A stretch of 63,951 nt of DNA, counting the filler, from Choristocarpus tenellus KU-1152 (lineage: Eukaryota > Protista > Phaeophyceae): the NCBI GenBank assembly GCA_964200185.2. It is 12 parts of 12 records of this genome, joined end to end, with 100 filler letters (N's around TTAATTAATTAA, not from the genome) between each part and the next. Parts side by side here need not be neighbours in the genome. Positions count along the whole stretch, not along the records: positions 34,793 to 40,107 come from CAXNAD020011184.1; positions 40,208 to 46,271 come from CAXNAD020009034.1; positions 46,372 to 50,952 come from CAXNAD020013921.1; 9 more parts are not named here. One strand, given 5' to 3'. Below are positions 37,727 to 51,052 of the stretch, in pieces. Numbering within the stretch: the stretch's first letter is position 1; each line of letters starts with the position of its first letter. The notes beneath the pieces were generated by a model. The model worked only from the letters and a program-made list of their open reading frames with translations. It was not told the origin of the DNA and ran no database searches. The position numbers and the translations under genes were made by a program.

Positions 37727-39041
37727 TCAGTCTCCTCCTTTTCTTCTGCCGCCAAGGAACCGTTCATGGAGCATTGCCCAAGGCGATAAATCCGACTCTG
37801 GCACAGAGGTCAGCTCCCCCCTTCCCTGGCTTTCCAGTTCATCACCCGAACCAAGACTTGCTGATCGCATATCAAGTCGAACTGGAGGTAGCACTACCTC
37901 CTCTCCATCCTGATCGTCACAGAACACTTCCAGTTGAAGGTATCGATAGTCAGGGGTTGGACCACAGGCTTCTTGTGGTGCATCAGGAGATGACTGTGCT
38001 ACCAGAGATATGTGTTTTTCTGAAGGATTCTCTTCACAGTTGCGCTCCTGGTTATGACGTGTGATGACAGGGTTGTCCCTACCAAAGGCTGGCATCTGTT
38101 CCTGCCATGCTGCAGGGATATCCTTTCCTCCACCCTCATTGCTTGCCTCTTCGTGGCCTGGCATTGCTGCCTGCTTGGACATGGCAAGTGGTACATTGAC
38201 ATCATCAGCAATGCTGCTCATCGAGGGACCCTGATGCAAGCCATCAGCAACACCATAACCTTCCTGGGAGTCAGCAAAGAAAGTTCTCCCTGCATCAACC
38301 CCCCCATCCCCAGCACTCCCAAACTCCTCCTCAAACCAGTTCATTGCAGGGTCGTCAAGCTTCTCTGCGGGAGCATTCACCCCATGCAAAGTCGGGGGGT
38401 CTGCCAGAGGCGGCCCTCCCTGTTCCCACTCGTCCCCACACCCATGCAACCCTTGTGAGGTTTCTACACCACGACCAACCCCCTGTGACATCCATCCAGT
38501 CCCTCCCACCCGTTGTGCTCTCCCCTCCACAGGGGATCCCACCCACCCACCCCCTGGCCTAGCAAGCATTTCATCCTCTTCAATGTGGCCATCATAGACC
38601 TGGTCCCCTTGACCCTTGTCTCCCCAACTCTTTGGCGAAACACCACCTCCTTGGGACCAGGCCTCTCCTCCATTCCCCCTGTTCCCTAACCCTGCAAGCT
38701 CTGCCTCTCCCACCCTGTCGATTCCCTTTTCCTGTGCATTGTAATTCATTGATGTCAACCCTTCACTGCCTTGAAAAATGGACTCAGATGCAGAAGAGGG
38801 GGATGCAGTTGAGGCAATGGAAAATTTGGAGGATGGGGCAGGGTAAGGAGCTGAGGAGGGTGGATCAACAAATTCATCCAGGTCAGGCCCAGTCCTTGCC
38901 ATCCAGTCTTCGCCTCCATCCATGTCCACCTGTTCAACCAGCTCTCGCAGGGGCATGTCCATGATGGGGTCGGACTCCTCATGCATGAACGATGCATACA
39001 GGAAAGCATTGTTGTAGGAAATCATGGAAACCTCCGACACC
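37727..39041 (-). CDS. Terminal exon of a UBA1-like ubiquitin-activating enzyme E1 (ubiquitin-fold domain) with a large insertion
   Basis: EVSMISYNNAFLYASFM...MDMPLRELVEQV and LQLEVFCDDQDGEEVVLPPVR match the two halves of the E1 UFD; acceptor AG at 39043-39042; frame open to the stop at 37727. Confidence 0.78.
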
Positions 39042-40276
39042 CTGTTGATCATTTCCAAGTGGCGGGTGCAACATGAGTCATAGGTTGTTCCAAGGTGACA
39101 GGGAGGGGCGATCAAGTACACAGCTAGAGGGGTAATTGAGAGGAAGGAGGGGAAGGGGAAGGGGAAGGGGAAGGGGAAGAAAAAGGTCACAGAGTGCTGG
39201 ACTAGTGTAACCGCAGGGTATCACTACAACCCAGGGAAGTTAATATAGTAAATAAATCGGCACCCACCGATTATTAGGACAAATCGGAGATTCCCACCAA
39301 CAAACTACATACAAGGGGATCAGCATATATTTATGACGCTGTACGTTATACCGCCAACATACACATATACCGATGATGGTATAAAATCAATACTTCAAAC
39401 TGTCGTCAGTTTATCTTACAGTCATACGGTTTCCTCCAACTCCACCAATCCTCTATCTACTCTTTTTTTTGTTTCTGGTAGGAGTGCAACAATAGTGCAG
39501 TCATGACTCTCCTGCGTGATGCTGTAAGCTGTGTGCACTTGATATACTTGAAATGGGGGAGAGCGAGGGTATATAAATGGTACAACATGTGGGTGTTGGG
39601 TGCTCGGGGCTTTGCCCAACGTTATGTATCTCCAAAACTAGACACAAATCGTCACTGCAACAACAGAACAAAAGTTGCACTTTGTATCTGAATTGTGGTA
39701 GTACAACCATGGAGTGTACATGCATTTGCAGGGGCATCAGAGAACAGAGAATCAAACATTGCTTCTCCCTAACCCCACCTTACATCTCAACATGGAAGGC
39801 AGTGTGCTCTGTCCAGCTGCTCAGCAATGACATTGCATGGTGAAGGTATTCTGTATGTCGGCACACAATCTGCAACCAACCACCCTCTAAATAAATAAGG
39901 GTACATTTAACCTCAAGCCTTAGCCAAAAAGAGGTACACACCAGGCCCATCAGGTTACCATCCACTTACAAAAGTTAACATAGCCTCACCCATTTCAATA
40001 CACATCAACGGCACAAAGTAAAAACAATAACAGTAAACCCCCCCCCCCCCCACCCCCCCCAACCACCACTCTACCCACACACCCAAAAACAAAACAAAAC
40101 AGGAAAANNNNNNNNNNNNNNNNNNNNNNNNNNNNNNNNNNNNNNNNNNNNTTAATTAATTAANNNNNNNNNNNNNNNNNNNNNNNNNNNNNNNNNNNNN
40201 NNNNNNNCCACGACCACGGTAGCAGAAGCACCGGAAGGGGGAGAGAAGGCAGGGGGCAGGGGGGAAAGGAGGAATA

Positions 40277-40309
<33 letters not shown>

Positions 40310-40892
40310 CTCCATAATAGCATAATGACAAATAAAATCTTATCTCATTAATACAACCTTGGACAAAAATGTGCCTCACAACACCTTGCTCTGGAGGGTC
40401 TTCACCTGTTCCAAACCTTGAATGTCATGGAACCTGTTGTATTTAACAATATTGTGCCAATATTTGGTCCATTAATTAAACATCTCAACCTACAAATAAC
40501 AAAGGTCCAACACCTTTAACCTGGTCTTCTTACAAAAGGTGTCAAGACATCAACAAAATGGTCAAAAATGTCAAAAATGACCAACAAGCCGAGATGACCA
40601 TACCAGACTTTCCATACACAAATAATATCAATTGTACTCCATACATTCAAACTCCACATGGGCCAACCTTCATCTCCACCTTGACCCCCATGTGTCCTTG
40701 GAACATCACACTAACATCATACTATCATCACACTATCATACTAACATCACACTAACAGTCAGCACAGCAAAAACAAGAGGCTATTGTATTGACAAACACC
40801 ATCTTACTGACTGTTACTGACTGACATTTGCTCTCACTACGCACAGAAAAATATGTCACTGACACACTGAGTCCGTGTTAGACTAAAATTAC

Positions 40893-43800
40893 CTGTGGGT
40901 TGCCATCATTACGCTTGGCAAAATTTCTATTGTAGGATGTGATGATCGTGTTAGGCTCCCCCTGCTTCTCACTGCGATTCCACTGTCCAATGCAAGGACC
41001 ACACGCGTTGGCCAGCACCTTTGCACCAGCTTCCTCAAATGTAGATGTGAACCCATCACGAGTGATGGTGGCACGCACCTATTCAATTGAACCCATGGAG
41101 TTTCCATAACATTAGGGAGGCAGTTGTCATCCAGGTCATATTATTCCACTTGGCAAGTACAAACAAAGTCAAATTCCCAAAAGATGCTTGCAAGCAAATT
41201 TGAAATAAAAATAAAATGATTGGTGTACAACAAAAATAACAAGAAAAAAGAGAGAGATGTAATTTTCATTCATTGCACACCTGCTCCGATCCAGGTGTGA
41301 CCAGCATGTCTGCCTTGAAGTTGAGTCCAGCCTTGAGCGCCTGTTGGGTCAGATCAGCACACCTTTATAACCAGAGGAGAGGGCCAGGGGGATGAAAATT
41401 ATAGAAGTGAAACATGAACATACAGAAATTGATAAGAAAAAAGAATATCTAACCATTTTATGACCCCTGACCACTGTCTGTAATGGTTCAACCCTCATTG
41501 ATGAGTGTGGCAGACATCATTTACTATTGAGAACATGTTGCAAGATACTCCTTTGGTCACATATCTACTACCTGAAACTGTGTAGCCAGGACTTCACATG
41601 GGGATTTTCAAGGCATCATCTAACCTAAGGATTCTAACTGTATTCTAACTGTAACTATGAAAAGTAGGAACAACAAGTACTAAGCAGCACCTGCAGTGGA
41701 CAAGGCAAGAGGGGCAGGAATCTATTTGGTAAGGATGTATACCACAACCAAAATACAGCATCATTGGTTTTCAGCACAGATAGAGCATGCAATGAGATTG
41801 GAGTGACAAAATTTGTTCAAGGGAGATGGAGTTACCTGGCCATATCTTCATACGAAGAGTTGGTACAAGATCCAATTAGACCTGCTGATACCTCCTTAGG
41901 CCAACCATTGCTCTGTAAGGATAGTTGTTGACATAGTTGGTAAGAAACAGTAAGCACATGTGCACTCACCTAGCATTAACTAACAGAAAAAGCAAACCCC
42001 AATCAACACACAACACATAAAAACAGTCAAATGCAGTGGGGATAGAGGAAGCAAGACCTCAACAAATCAACACTGCCCAACTGATGCCTCACAATGGTAC
42101 AAAATCCTATCGGCTACTTGAACAAACAGTGTAATCTCATCCCATCCCATTCCATCCTTACACATTGGTGGTGGAGCTATATACACAGCATTGACCCTAA
42201 GTCAAGTTGCTCCTGTTACATCAGCAAACTAACCTCAGCAGCAGAGGTAAACTCCGCCCCAACAGGGTTAGCCAGGTCAGGTGTGAAGGGACCATTCAAG
42301 TGGGGACGAAGAGTGGTGAGATCAATCTCAATTATCTCATCATAGGGGGCTCCGTCATCAGCCTTGAGGCTATCCTGGAATGAGTCTGCTGCTGAGGCAA
42401 TTCCTGACCGCTTTGTAGACTGAAGAGATTATTAAGAGATTATTATTGGACAAATCAGTTGAAAAAAACATAAAAAGATGTACAAAGTGCGGGATGGTTA
42501 ACTAATTGGGAAATGTACTTGTGAAATGGAAATGAAGAGAGAGGAGAGGACAGTGGTCCCAACAACTGCGGGAGATTGTCTATTGTATGATTTATGTCTA
42601 TTGTATGATGTATGTCTATTGTATGATGTATGTCTATTGTATGATGTATGTCTATTGTATGATTTATGTCTATTGTATGATTTATGTCTATTGTATGATG
42701 TATGTCTATTGTATGATGTATGTCTATTGCATGATGTATGTCTATTGTATGATTTATGTCTATTGTATGATATATGTCTACTACCAAATATAAACATGTG
42801 AAAAACTCAGGATGTATATATTCAAGGAGAAACAGCAAATACACATGGTTATATTTAACACTAACTAACTAACTAACTTACTAACTAACTGAGAGTCCTA
42901 CTGGATTTTTCACGTTCCCCTCCCTCCTCTCCATACACCGGAGTCCATACCACTGGATGCTATTCTGCAGGCACAAGTTGGGTCACAATTCTATATCAAT
43001 ATATACACATCATACATAACATTACCAAACCCTTGTATGGGAGATGACATGTAGGTGAGCGACACCTTGAGGTAGTCCCTCATTCGAGAGTTGTATGGGA
43101 AGGTGGAACAGGTAGCACCAATCTCTGCCCCCATGTTGCAAATGGTTCCCATGCCCGTGCAGGAGATGGAGTCAACCCCTGGACCAAAGTACTCCACAAT
43201 AGCACCAGTTCCACCCTTAACAGTAAGTATCCCCGCCACCTAGAATGATTTTATTTTTTTTAGAAGGGGTTAGGACTGTCAATGAGATACTCTGCCACAT
43301 AGTAATTCATACTTCAAGTCAAACTTTCGTCCAAAACAGCAACCACCCAACTACTGATAATAGTGCTAATACCTATTAAGCGCAGGAAACTCCTAAACGA
43401 TCAACATCACATTAATCAAATAAGATCACCCCTAGAAAACAAAGATCAATTACAAAAAATAATAATATTAATAATAATAGTATATTTTTACATATAAGAT
43501 GTCACTGCTTCATATAATTACATAGTTCCAAGAGAACTTAATTGATGGTGACACAAAAAATGCTTTACCTGTAGTGAGGATCAAGATATTCAAAAGATAT
43601 CAGCAACTGGGAGTGGTGTTGTTGAAACAGTCTAGACAGTAAAGTTACATTGTAATAAACAATCCTTGACATCAGACATCAGAGTCAACAGCATTGACAC
43701 AAACACTTCACACCCACAACACAAAAGACATACTAGAATATTAGTTCTTCACCTTGAGGATCACATCCTTTGGGGATGTCCAGCCAGAGAGCTCACCAGT

Positions 43801-46073
43801 GAGCTTCACACCAATTACCTGATATGTACAACATGAAAAAAAAGAACAAGATGTCTTCACAAACAAGTCAATGACGTCAATGAACAGCAAGATATACTCA
43901 TAGTATTTTTGCTAAATCTTCCTCTAAACTGGTTTTTACCAGCAAAAGCAATAGCATGAACAATAAAATCAACCTGCCCCCACCTTACTCCAACAGTTTC
44001 AAAAAGTATCCACGATTCTGTACTAGTTACCTAGTTGTATCACATTCTTGCACAAAATCACACTCAATTTCCTTTGCAAGTGGCATTACCCTTTTTTTAA
44101 TGCCTCACTATGATAAGTAAGAGCTATATTTGCCCCATGCTTTTGAACTATTTGTGCTATTGCCCAAGATAAGGATAAATTATTAGCAACAGCAGTAATT
44201 ATCCCTTTTTTCCCTTATAGTAATTTAGTAATAATTGAAGTATCTGTCATTAAAAAACTCTTAATTGGTTGACTGTACGTAAGACTTGGATTTGTATATC
44301 ATCTAACAGGATTCTGCTTAAGTGGTTTGTATTAATAACTCTAGGAAATCTGCTAATATCTTCACAAACATTATCTTCACAAATATTATCTACATATAGA
44401 ATTAACCTTCATCTGCATAAAATAGATTTTGGTACATTTGAGACTAAACACAGACATACGAAAATTTGTTATCATGGCACTAGTAATCTTTGACATATAC
44501 CCCGATTAAAACTATGCAAACCAATGCAACATCCCTTTCACACATTGTTCTATACAAGTATGAGTTACTACTAATACTATATATTCCAAATATATTTTAT
44601 TTTTCCAACAAGAACAGTTCTCCCACCAGTGGCGGAAGCGTTTGTGTTTTGTTGTATTTTACTAGGCAAGCACCCACAAATTATGTAGTATTGTCAAGGC
44701 CTGCCCAGTATGTATGTTGGTTGAGTCCCCCTCTTACACTAAAAGTACATCTTAACATGAAATAATATTTGTTACCCCAATTTACTTACAATTTACTTAC
44801 AGGCAGCGGTAGAGGTAAGGCAGCATTTGACACCAGTTAATACATCTATACCATCTTTCAACCACCACTGAAAATCACTAATTGAACAAATTATGAGCAA
44901 AATGAATGGAGAAAGAAGATACTCCAACATGAGAAATGATGGGCAGTATCTGAAAGCATCAGCAAACAAACAGGGCCACCCTGGGGATATTGGCACATTC
45001 TCCCCCCCCAGACACCCCCTCCACCATGCTTATACAATTCCTGGTCTAGCCCCATGACTTTCAATCATGACCTTCAGCGCATCAACAAGCACAAAGACCC
45101 CACAAAAGAAAAGGTTGAGAAGACGATAATCATGGCAGTTGCAGTAAGCATGGTATTGAGTTATGCCTGACCTTTCCTATCTCTCTACCCTCCCTTCCTT
45201 CTAACTACGATATAAACAATCAACTCATTCTAATGTACAACTCATTCTAATGGCCATGCTCAACTTCGACAATAGCAAGGCAAAGGAATGAGGTTGCTGC
45301 ACATATAAACCGATATCTAGTCAGTGTCGGTAGCAAGCAAGTAGTGTAGTGATTTAGGAAACCTATCAATACTCTGGTGAAACAAAAGGTAACAGTAAAG
45401 AAGTACTCTGATTGGTCAAACAATGAAAGAAGGTAGGCATCCTCTACTTATCTATGTATGCTAAGGCCTCCACTCCAACAAAAAGTGGATATATGCAGGA
45501 TAACCCCAATTGAACTGCCCTCCACGGTCACAATACACATTATAGATATTATACACATTATAGATATTATACACATTATACACAGTATACATATTATAGA
45601 TATTATACACACTATACACAGTATGCATATTATAGATATTATACACAGTATACACATCATCAAAGCAAACTTTCAGTTGGAAATGCCCACACCTAATTTA
45701 AGAAACAGATCAGCAACGCTTGCACAAAGTTGTGATCAAATAGATCATACACCTCTTCTATTTAAAGCTAACCCCTCTGAACACACACACACACACTCAA
45801 AAGCCTGGTTATTAATAGTACATGCACGAAGTATTAAAGATATGACTCCAAATAGTAAAATATCATATCAAACAAATATCATATCAAACACATACACAAG
45901 TCTTCCATTCTAACCTTGGGACACTTGAGCTCCCAGGCCATTCCTGCCATCACATCCACAGCGTCTGCCCCCCCCACACCAATAGCACACATGCCCAATC
46001 CACCAGCATTAGGTGTATGTGAGTCTGTGCCAATCATCAGTCCACCAGGGAAGGCATAGTTCTCAAGGACAAT
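40893..46073 (-). CDS. ACO2: Aconitate hydratase (mitochondrial type), internal exons 46073-45915, 43818-43753, 43239-43066, 42419-42234, 41912-41836, 41362-41281, 41078-40893
   Basis: [81 protein letters not shown]; all three Fe-S cysteines present; splice phases consistent. Confidence 0.97.
42577..42781. repeat. 18-bp intronic minisatellite, ~11 copies
   Basis: TGTCTATTGTATGAT(G/T)TA in tandem. Confidence 0.95.
45530..45657. repeat. Degenerate 9/18-bp intronic minisatellite
   Basis: ATACACATTATAGATATT-type units. Confidence 0.85.
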
Positions 46074-46175
46074 CTGTTAACAGAAAAATCAGATGCTGTC
46101 AGTGTCAGTACTAACAAAGTAGAAACATTATAAAATTAAAATAATTGTATGAAACGGTTATAGTCAACACCGTAC

Positions 46176-46271
46176 ACTAGTATGAAAGTAAGGAGGTACA
46201 CTAGTATGAAAGTAAGGAGGTACAACAGTATGAAAGTAAGGAGGTACAACAGTATGAAAGTAAGGAGGTAC
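46176..46271. repeat. 23/24-bp tandem repeat, 4 copies, running into a gap
   Basis: AGTATGAAAGTAAGGAGGTAC repeated. Confidence 0.92.
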
Positions 46272-46483
46272 NNNNNNNNNNNNNNNNNNNNNNNNNNNNN
46301 NNNNNNNNNNNNNNNTTAATTAATTAANNNNNNNNNNNNNNNNNNNNNNNNNNNNNNNNNNNNNNNNNNNNCTACAGACACCAAGCAATCTCGCCGGGTT
46401 TATCACATTTATCCTCTTTGATGATTTTGGGGATACTTTAACACAACACCTCCTTATCTCCTCCTTGACCCATATATTACTCA

Positions 46484-49400
46484 CATGTTGTACATTGTGT
46501 GGAAATGGTGGTGAGCTTCTTCCTAAGCGGCAACACCTGGGACAGGCACTGCAGGACGGCGGATGCATAACAGCTGTTCCCCAAGTTGGGGATACCCACA
46601 GGAGCCCTGGCGGGGCTTACAGAAGGATGGAGTTTTCTGCTGTTAAGAAGAAGAAGGAAGGGAAAAACCAAAAACAAACAAAGTAACAACAGACCAAACA
46701 TGAATCAATATCTGATGTAATTCAAGTGATGCACACTATGCCTTTGTGTGTGATGTGTAGCGACTGATCTTATGCTTCTTATGTACTGCGGTGTTCTGAA
46801 GGTTGTTGATGGTGCTGTGATGATGACCTAAGAATGGAAGTGAAGTAACGACCAGTACAGCGGGCCAATCAACAGCCGGTGTGGACTGGTGGCTCCTAAT
46901 CGTATCAAGAAAAATGAAATGAGTATGTTGCCTATGTTTTAACAGTCGGAAGGGAAGAATATAGCATCAATGCAGAGGAAAGCCTTGGTTTGCTGTACTG
47001 GTCAGGCTTCCTCCTGGAGCCTTGCATGGAAATGATGACAGATGATCAATATCCAATTTCATGTTGTCCAGCAGATTGGTCTATTGCTTCTAGTATGCGT
47101 GAGGAGCGAGTGATTGGAGTGGATGTCTTGAGCATGTCTGTACCTCTTCCTCTCCACGGCAGCATGGGCCCTCAACTTGATCATTTCACTCTCCTTCTCG
47201 GCTAGCAATGATCTTAGGACTTCTACCTCTTGGCTCCTTGCCCGGTCAGCGACGTTCTGGGCCTCCTTGAGCTTCTTGTCAAAGTCCTGGGGGAGTTTGG
47301 GAAGAGGAGGTACGCCAGTGGCCTGTGGCTGCCTTGTACATTGGTGGATATCTATGTCTCTGGCAGATGTGGATGGTAAGGTTAATTCGGCACCTGTTGG
47401 GCTCTCCTCTGGGCCTTCAGGTAGGCCACTGTGGTGTGGCCAATCTCCTGGGTGCGTGTCTCCGCGTGCGTTCCATGTGTCTCCGCGTGCGTTCCATTGA
47501 ATCGCAACTGTTCTTGAGAGACAGCTCGCTCCACCCTTACAGTGGCCTTCTCTCTCTCCTCCATCCGAATGCAATCAAATTCACTGGAAGGATAACGGGC
47601 AATGATGCAGGTCAGTGGACAGATTTCAGCACAAGAGTTTTAGTTTTTTGGTATCGTATGCTGGAGACGAGAAAGAGGCGGCGCGTGCTCCAGAACATTA
47701 CTGGTGTCATTTAATGGACTTCCCAAGTGTTGGAGCAACTGAGAATGTGCGCCTTGGAGGTGGAGTCAATTGAGGGGCGAGTTGGGCCCGTGTAGCCAGT
47801 GCAGCATGGGAAGAGGAACGATGGAGAGGGATGGGAAGGCAATTGGGAAGATGTGGTGTGTGAGTGTGATCTCTCTGTTTATGCATACGGGTCAACAGGG
47901 GTCTACCATTACTTCAGCCTTATCAGGTGCACGAAATATGGCTGAGAAGGATATGTATTACCCAATACCCCTCACAATATACACTGAAGAAGCAGTGGCC
48001 TACTCTTGCTACTCCTTCTACCAATATCCTCGCATCGTGGCGGCTTCTTGGATGAGCGCTGTCTCTTTGCAAGCTGCTGCTCCCTTTTCCCGCTCCTGCA
48101 CTACCTCGTCTTGGAGCTTGTGGAGGGCACTTGAAGCCTCCTGCAGCTCTTGCTGGTGAATGGAGCGCGCCACTTGGTCTGCTTTGGCTACCTCCATTGC
48201 GGCCTTGTGCCTCTCCCTGGCCACAGCCTCCCAGAGAGTCTTCTCAGCTGATTCCGTGGCTGCGCTTAGTGTCAGCTCTGAGGCTGTGCTCCTAGCAACC
48301 AACTCTCTTTCCGCATTGGCACCTGCTGTAGCAAGGATATTTGCCCACCGCACTTCGGCATTTGCCATTGCGGCGTGGAATCTCTCCCTCTCCACCCTCT
48401 CCGCCTCTTCTCTGACCTTGGTAGCTGCCTCCTCCGTTGCCACTGCCAGGCGAGCTGCCCATATCCTTGAGCCATCCTTGTTCAGTGCAGCAGTGCAACA
48501 TCGGTGACGTAGGAGAGTGCTACTCTGTTAAGGCTTGCCGTTCTTGGCTTCTTGTTTACTCCCAGGCAAGAGTAGGATGGTTTTAGGAAAAAGAACGCTC
48601 AAAGGACACATTCAAGTATAATTCCCTCACTCACCAAGAGTATTGCTTGGGCCTTCGTTCATATGGCTAGGGAGAATCACAAACCATCTATCAGTGTGCT
48701 GCCCTGGCCGATGCTTGAAATGAATAATTTACTGCACGCTGTTTCCTCACCCCATCCGTCAAGGACAGTGCTTTGGGCGGTTGGAGGAGGAGGTTGTTAC
48801 CGCAGAGGTAGGGAGGGTGCCGAGTTGGCGGCGGTACTGAGTAACTTCCCACCCATTGACCGCCCCAATACGGGGAAGATATTGAGATGTCATGCATCTG
48901 CTTGTACTTTGTCCATTGATTCTAGACTTGCATACCTCCCCATGCTCGGCAGGATGCCAGCTCAGTTCTCTTAGACTTACCATCCATTGTGCGTACGGTT
49001 CAATTCCTGCTGGGCTATGCCTTCTTTTCATGTCCAGTAACAATCCTGCGTTCCTACAGAATTGTGGATGGCTTCGTTGATAGGTTGCTTCGTACTCTAT
49101 AAGAGAAGTTTCCCCTCAACACAATAGGTTCTATTTATGTGAGAGCAAAAGAAGAAAATAAATTGTCACAACCCCGAATGGCAGTGAGAGTGCACAGATG
49201 ATCCGTCCCACAAAATGGATGGAATTTGCTGGACATATGAAACGATGTATGATCCTAGACACGGCTTGGACGGCTGAGGTAATGCATGATTCACCGTTGG
49301 GTGGTATTGGTGGGATGTGTGATATACAGGAGCCAACTCAGGCTTTCAGTGGCCCAACATGTGCGATTGTTGGACAATATAGGGCAGTACAAAAGTATTT

Positions 49401-50180
49401 ACCATACACGGGTTGGTTTTCTGTTCTCATTTGGGCTGATGAGTAATCTTGGGGCTTGATCTCCTTGCTTGGCAACTGATTTGCTTGATGACTTGATTGC
49501 TGCTCCTCACTCATTGGGTTGATGGGTTCTTTGGTGGCCTCATTAGAGGGGTCAAAATGGTCTTTGTATACAGTGAGCAGGTTGAGGGTTAAGTGTGGAG
49601 TGAGGGGTAGGGGTAGAGTAGAGATAGGGAAGGCTAGGGAATCGCACGGGGAGGGAGATGACAAGGGGGCTTGGGTACAGTACATGACCCCAGTTTGTGC
49701 AGCCTGTAAGTCTACGCCCCATTTCAGGTCCCATTTCGGGCCTCATTTCGGGCCCCCCACTTGACCACTGGGGACCCCTGACAGTACACTGTACGTAGTG
49801 CACTCCTACAGTGTTTTATCAAGGGGAGTTGCTGCTTACCGTTCGCAGGTGGATGAGAAGCTCACACAACATTCCTCACTCCACAAGGTAATGGTCAATA
49901 GGATCTTCAGGCAGAGGGGCCGCCAGAGCTTCTAGGGGTGGGAACCACGACTCTAGAAGTTGGTTGCGGCTCACCATTGGAGGAACGCGCCCAGTGTCAA
50001 GTGCTCTGGACGGGATTGAATCCTCCGCAGTGATCTGCTGTGCCTGGTTGCGGAGGTCCGCGGCAGCACTAACCACCTGCGCCCGTCTGCGGTTGCCTCT
50101 GCCAATGCCCCTGCCCAAGATAATGTCAGATAGAAACAACGCAAAGATGACCAAAACCACTGCTGCTAGCCTGTGCAGTG
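46484..50180 (-). CDS. Multi-exon gene with coiled-coil exons leading into a ubiquitin-specific protease (USP) Cys-box; 3' part lost in gap
   Basis: Exon ~46639-46484 encodes VGIPNLGNSCYASAVLQCL and is in phase with a donor at 47144. Coiled-coil frames at 47144-47574 and 48018-48480; hydrophobic segment at ~50180-50120. Linkage of the upstream exons is not fully resolved. Confidence 0.62.
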
Positions 50181-51052
50181 CGGTGCGGGAGGGAAAGGGA
50201 AAGGGGGGTGGTGATACACGCGGTGGTATTAGCCTGCAATTACTCATCAATACAGTCAAAGGCAGCTCGAGTCAAAAAGAGAAGATGCCCTGGTGTATAC
50301 TCCGGAAAAGAAGAGCATTCCTAATGTTAAAAAAAATATGAACAAAAATCAGAGGGTATTCTAGATATTGCCGTCTCACCCACTACACAACCAAACACCT
50401 CTACAGGTTCTTCTTTTGATGCTCTTGGACCACAGTGCGGTACACTGTTACAACCATGTGTGTGCACACATGACGAAAAAAGTGCTTCTTTGTATCACAC
50501 CACCGTGATGGGACACATGTCGCAACAACAATGACTCAGAGATGGAATGGGCATTGAAGCGTCCTACCCCCATAGATTCCTTGGGCAACCAGTGTAGGGC
50601 AAGGGACGTTAGACACTGCAGTCCTCTTCATTGCTCAAGCGCTAAACAGCATACCTTACCCTACATCCCAGTAGATTTCGGTGGCCTCGTGGAGATCAGG
50701 TAACAGAGTATATTATATCAGATCATTGACACCGTAGAATGAGTTCTTTAAGTTTTATTGCCAGTAGGGGAAACGCATGGTCATGGGGGGGTGTTGCACG
50801 GCTAACAGCACACCCCATACTTTGTTGACAAAAAATAATGGCAATCGTGCAACACACACACAAGAGGGGAACAGTGGAGGGGGGGGGGGAATCATCCTCC
50901 AGAGTAGAATTTACTTGTGATAGACAGCTTGGTCTTCACTGGGGAGCCCACTNNNNNNNNNNNNNNNNNNNNNNNNNNNNNNNNNNNNNNNNNNNNTTAA
51001 TTAATTAANNNNNNNNNNNNNNNNNNNNNNNNNNNNNNNNNNNNNNNNNNNN

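Noticed and set aside
39206-39420. Possible solo LTR (TGTAA...TTACA)
   Set aside because: No TSD and no second copy in the window.
42455-42844. Repetitive ORFs (HTIDIH/LLYDVC) or a CRISPR-like array
   Set aside because: An 18-bp intronic minisatellite with no unique spacers and no cas genes; the same applies to 45448-45913 and 46176-46271.
37727-50180. Ubiquitin-pathway gene cluster (E1-like plus USP)
   Set aside because: The genes are on different contigs separated by two artificial linkers, so proximity is not evidence.
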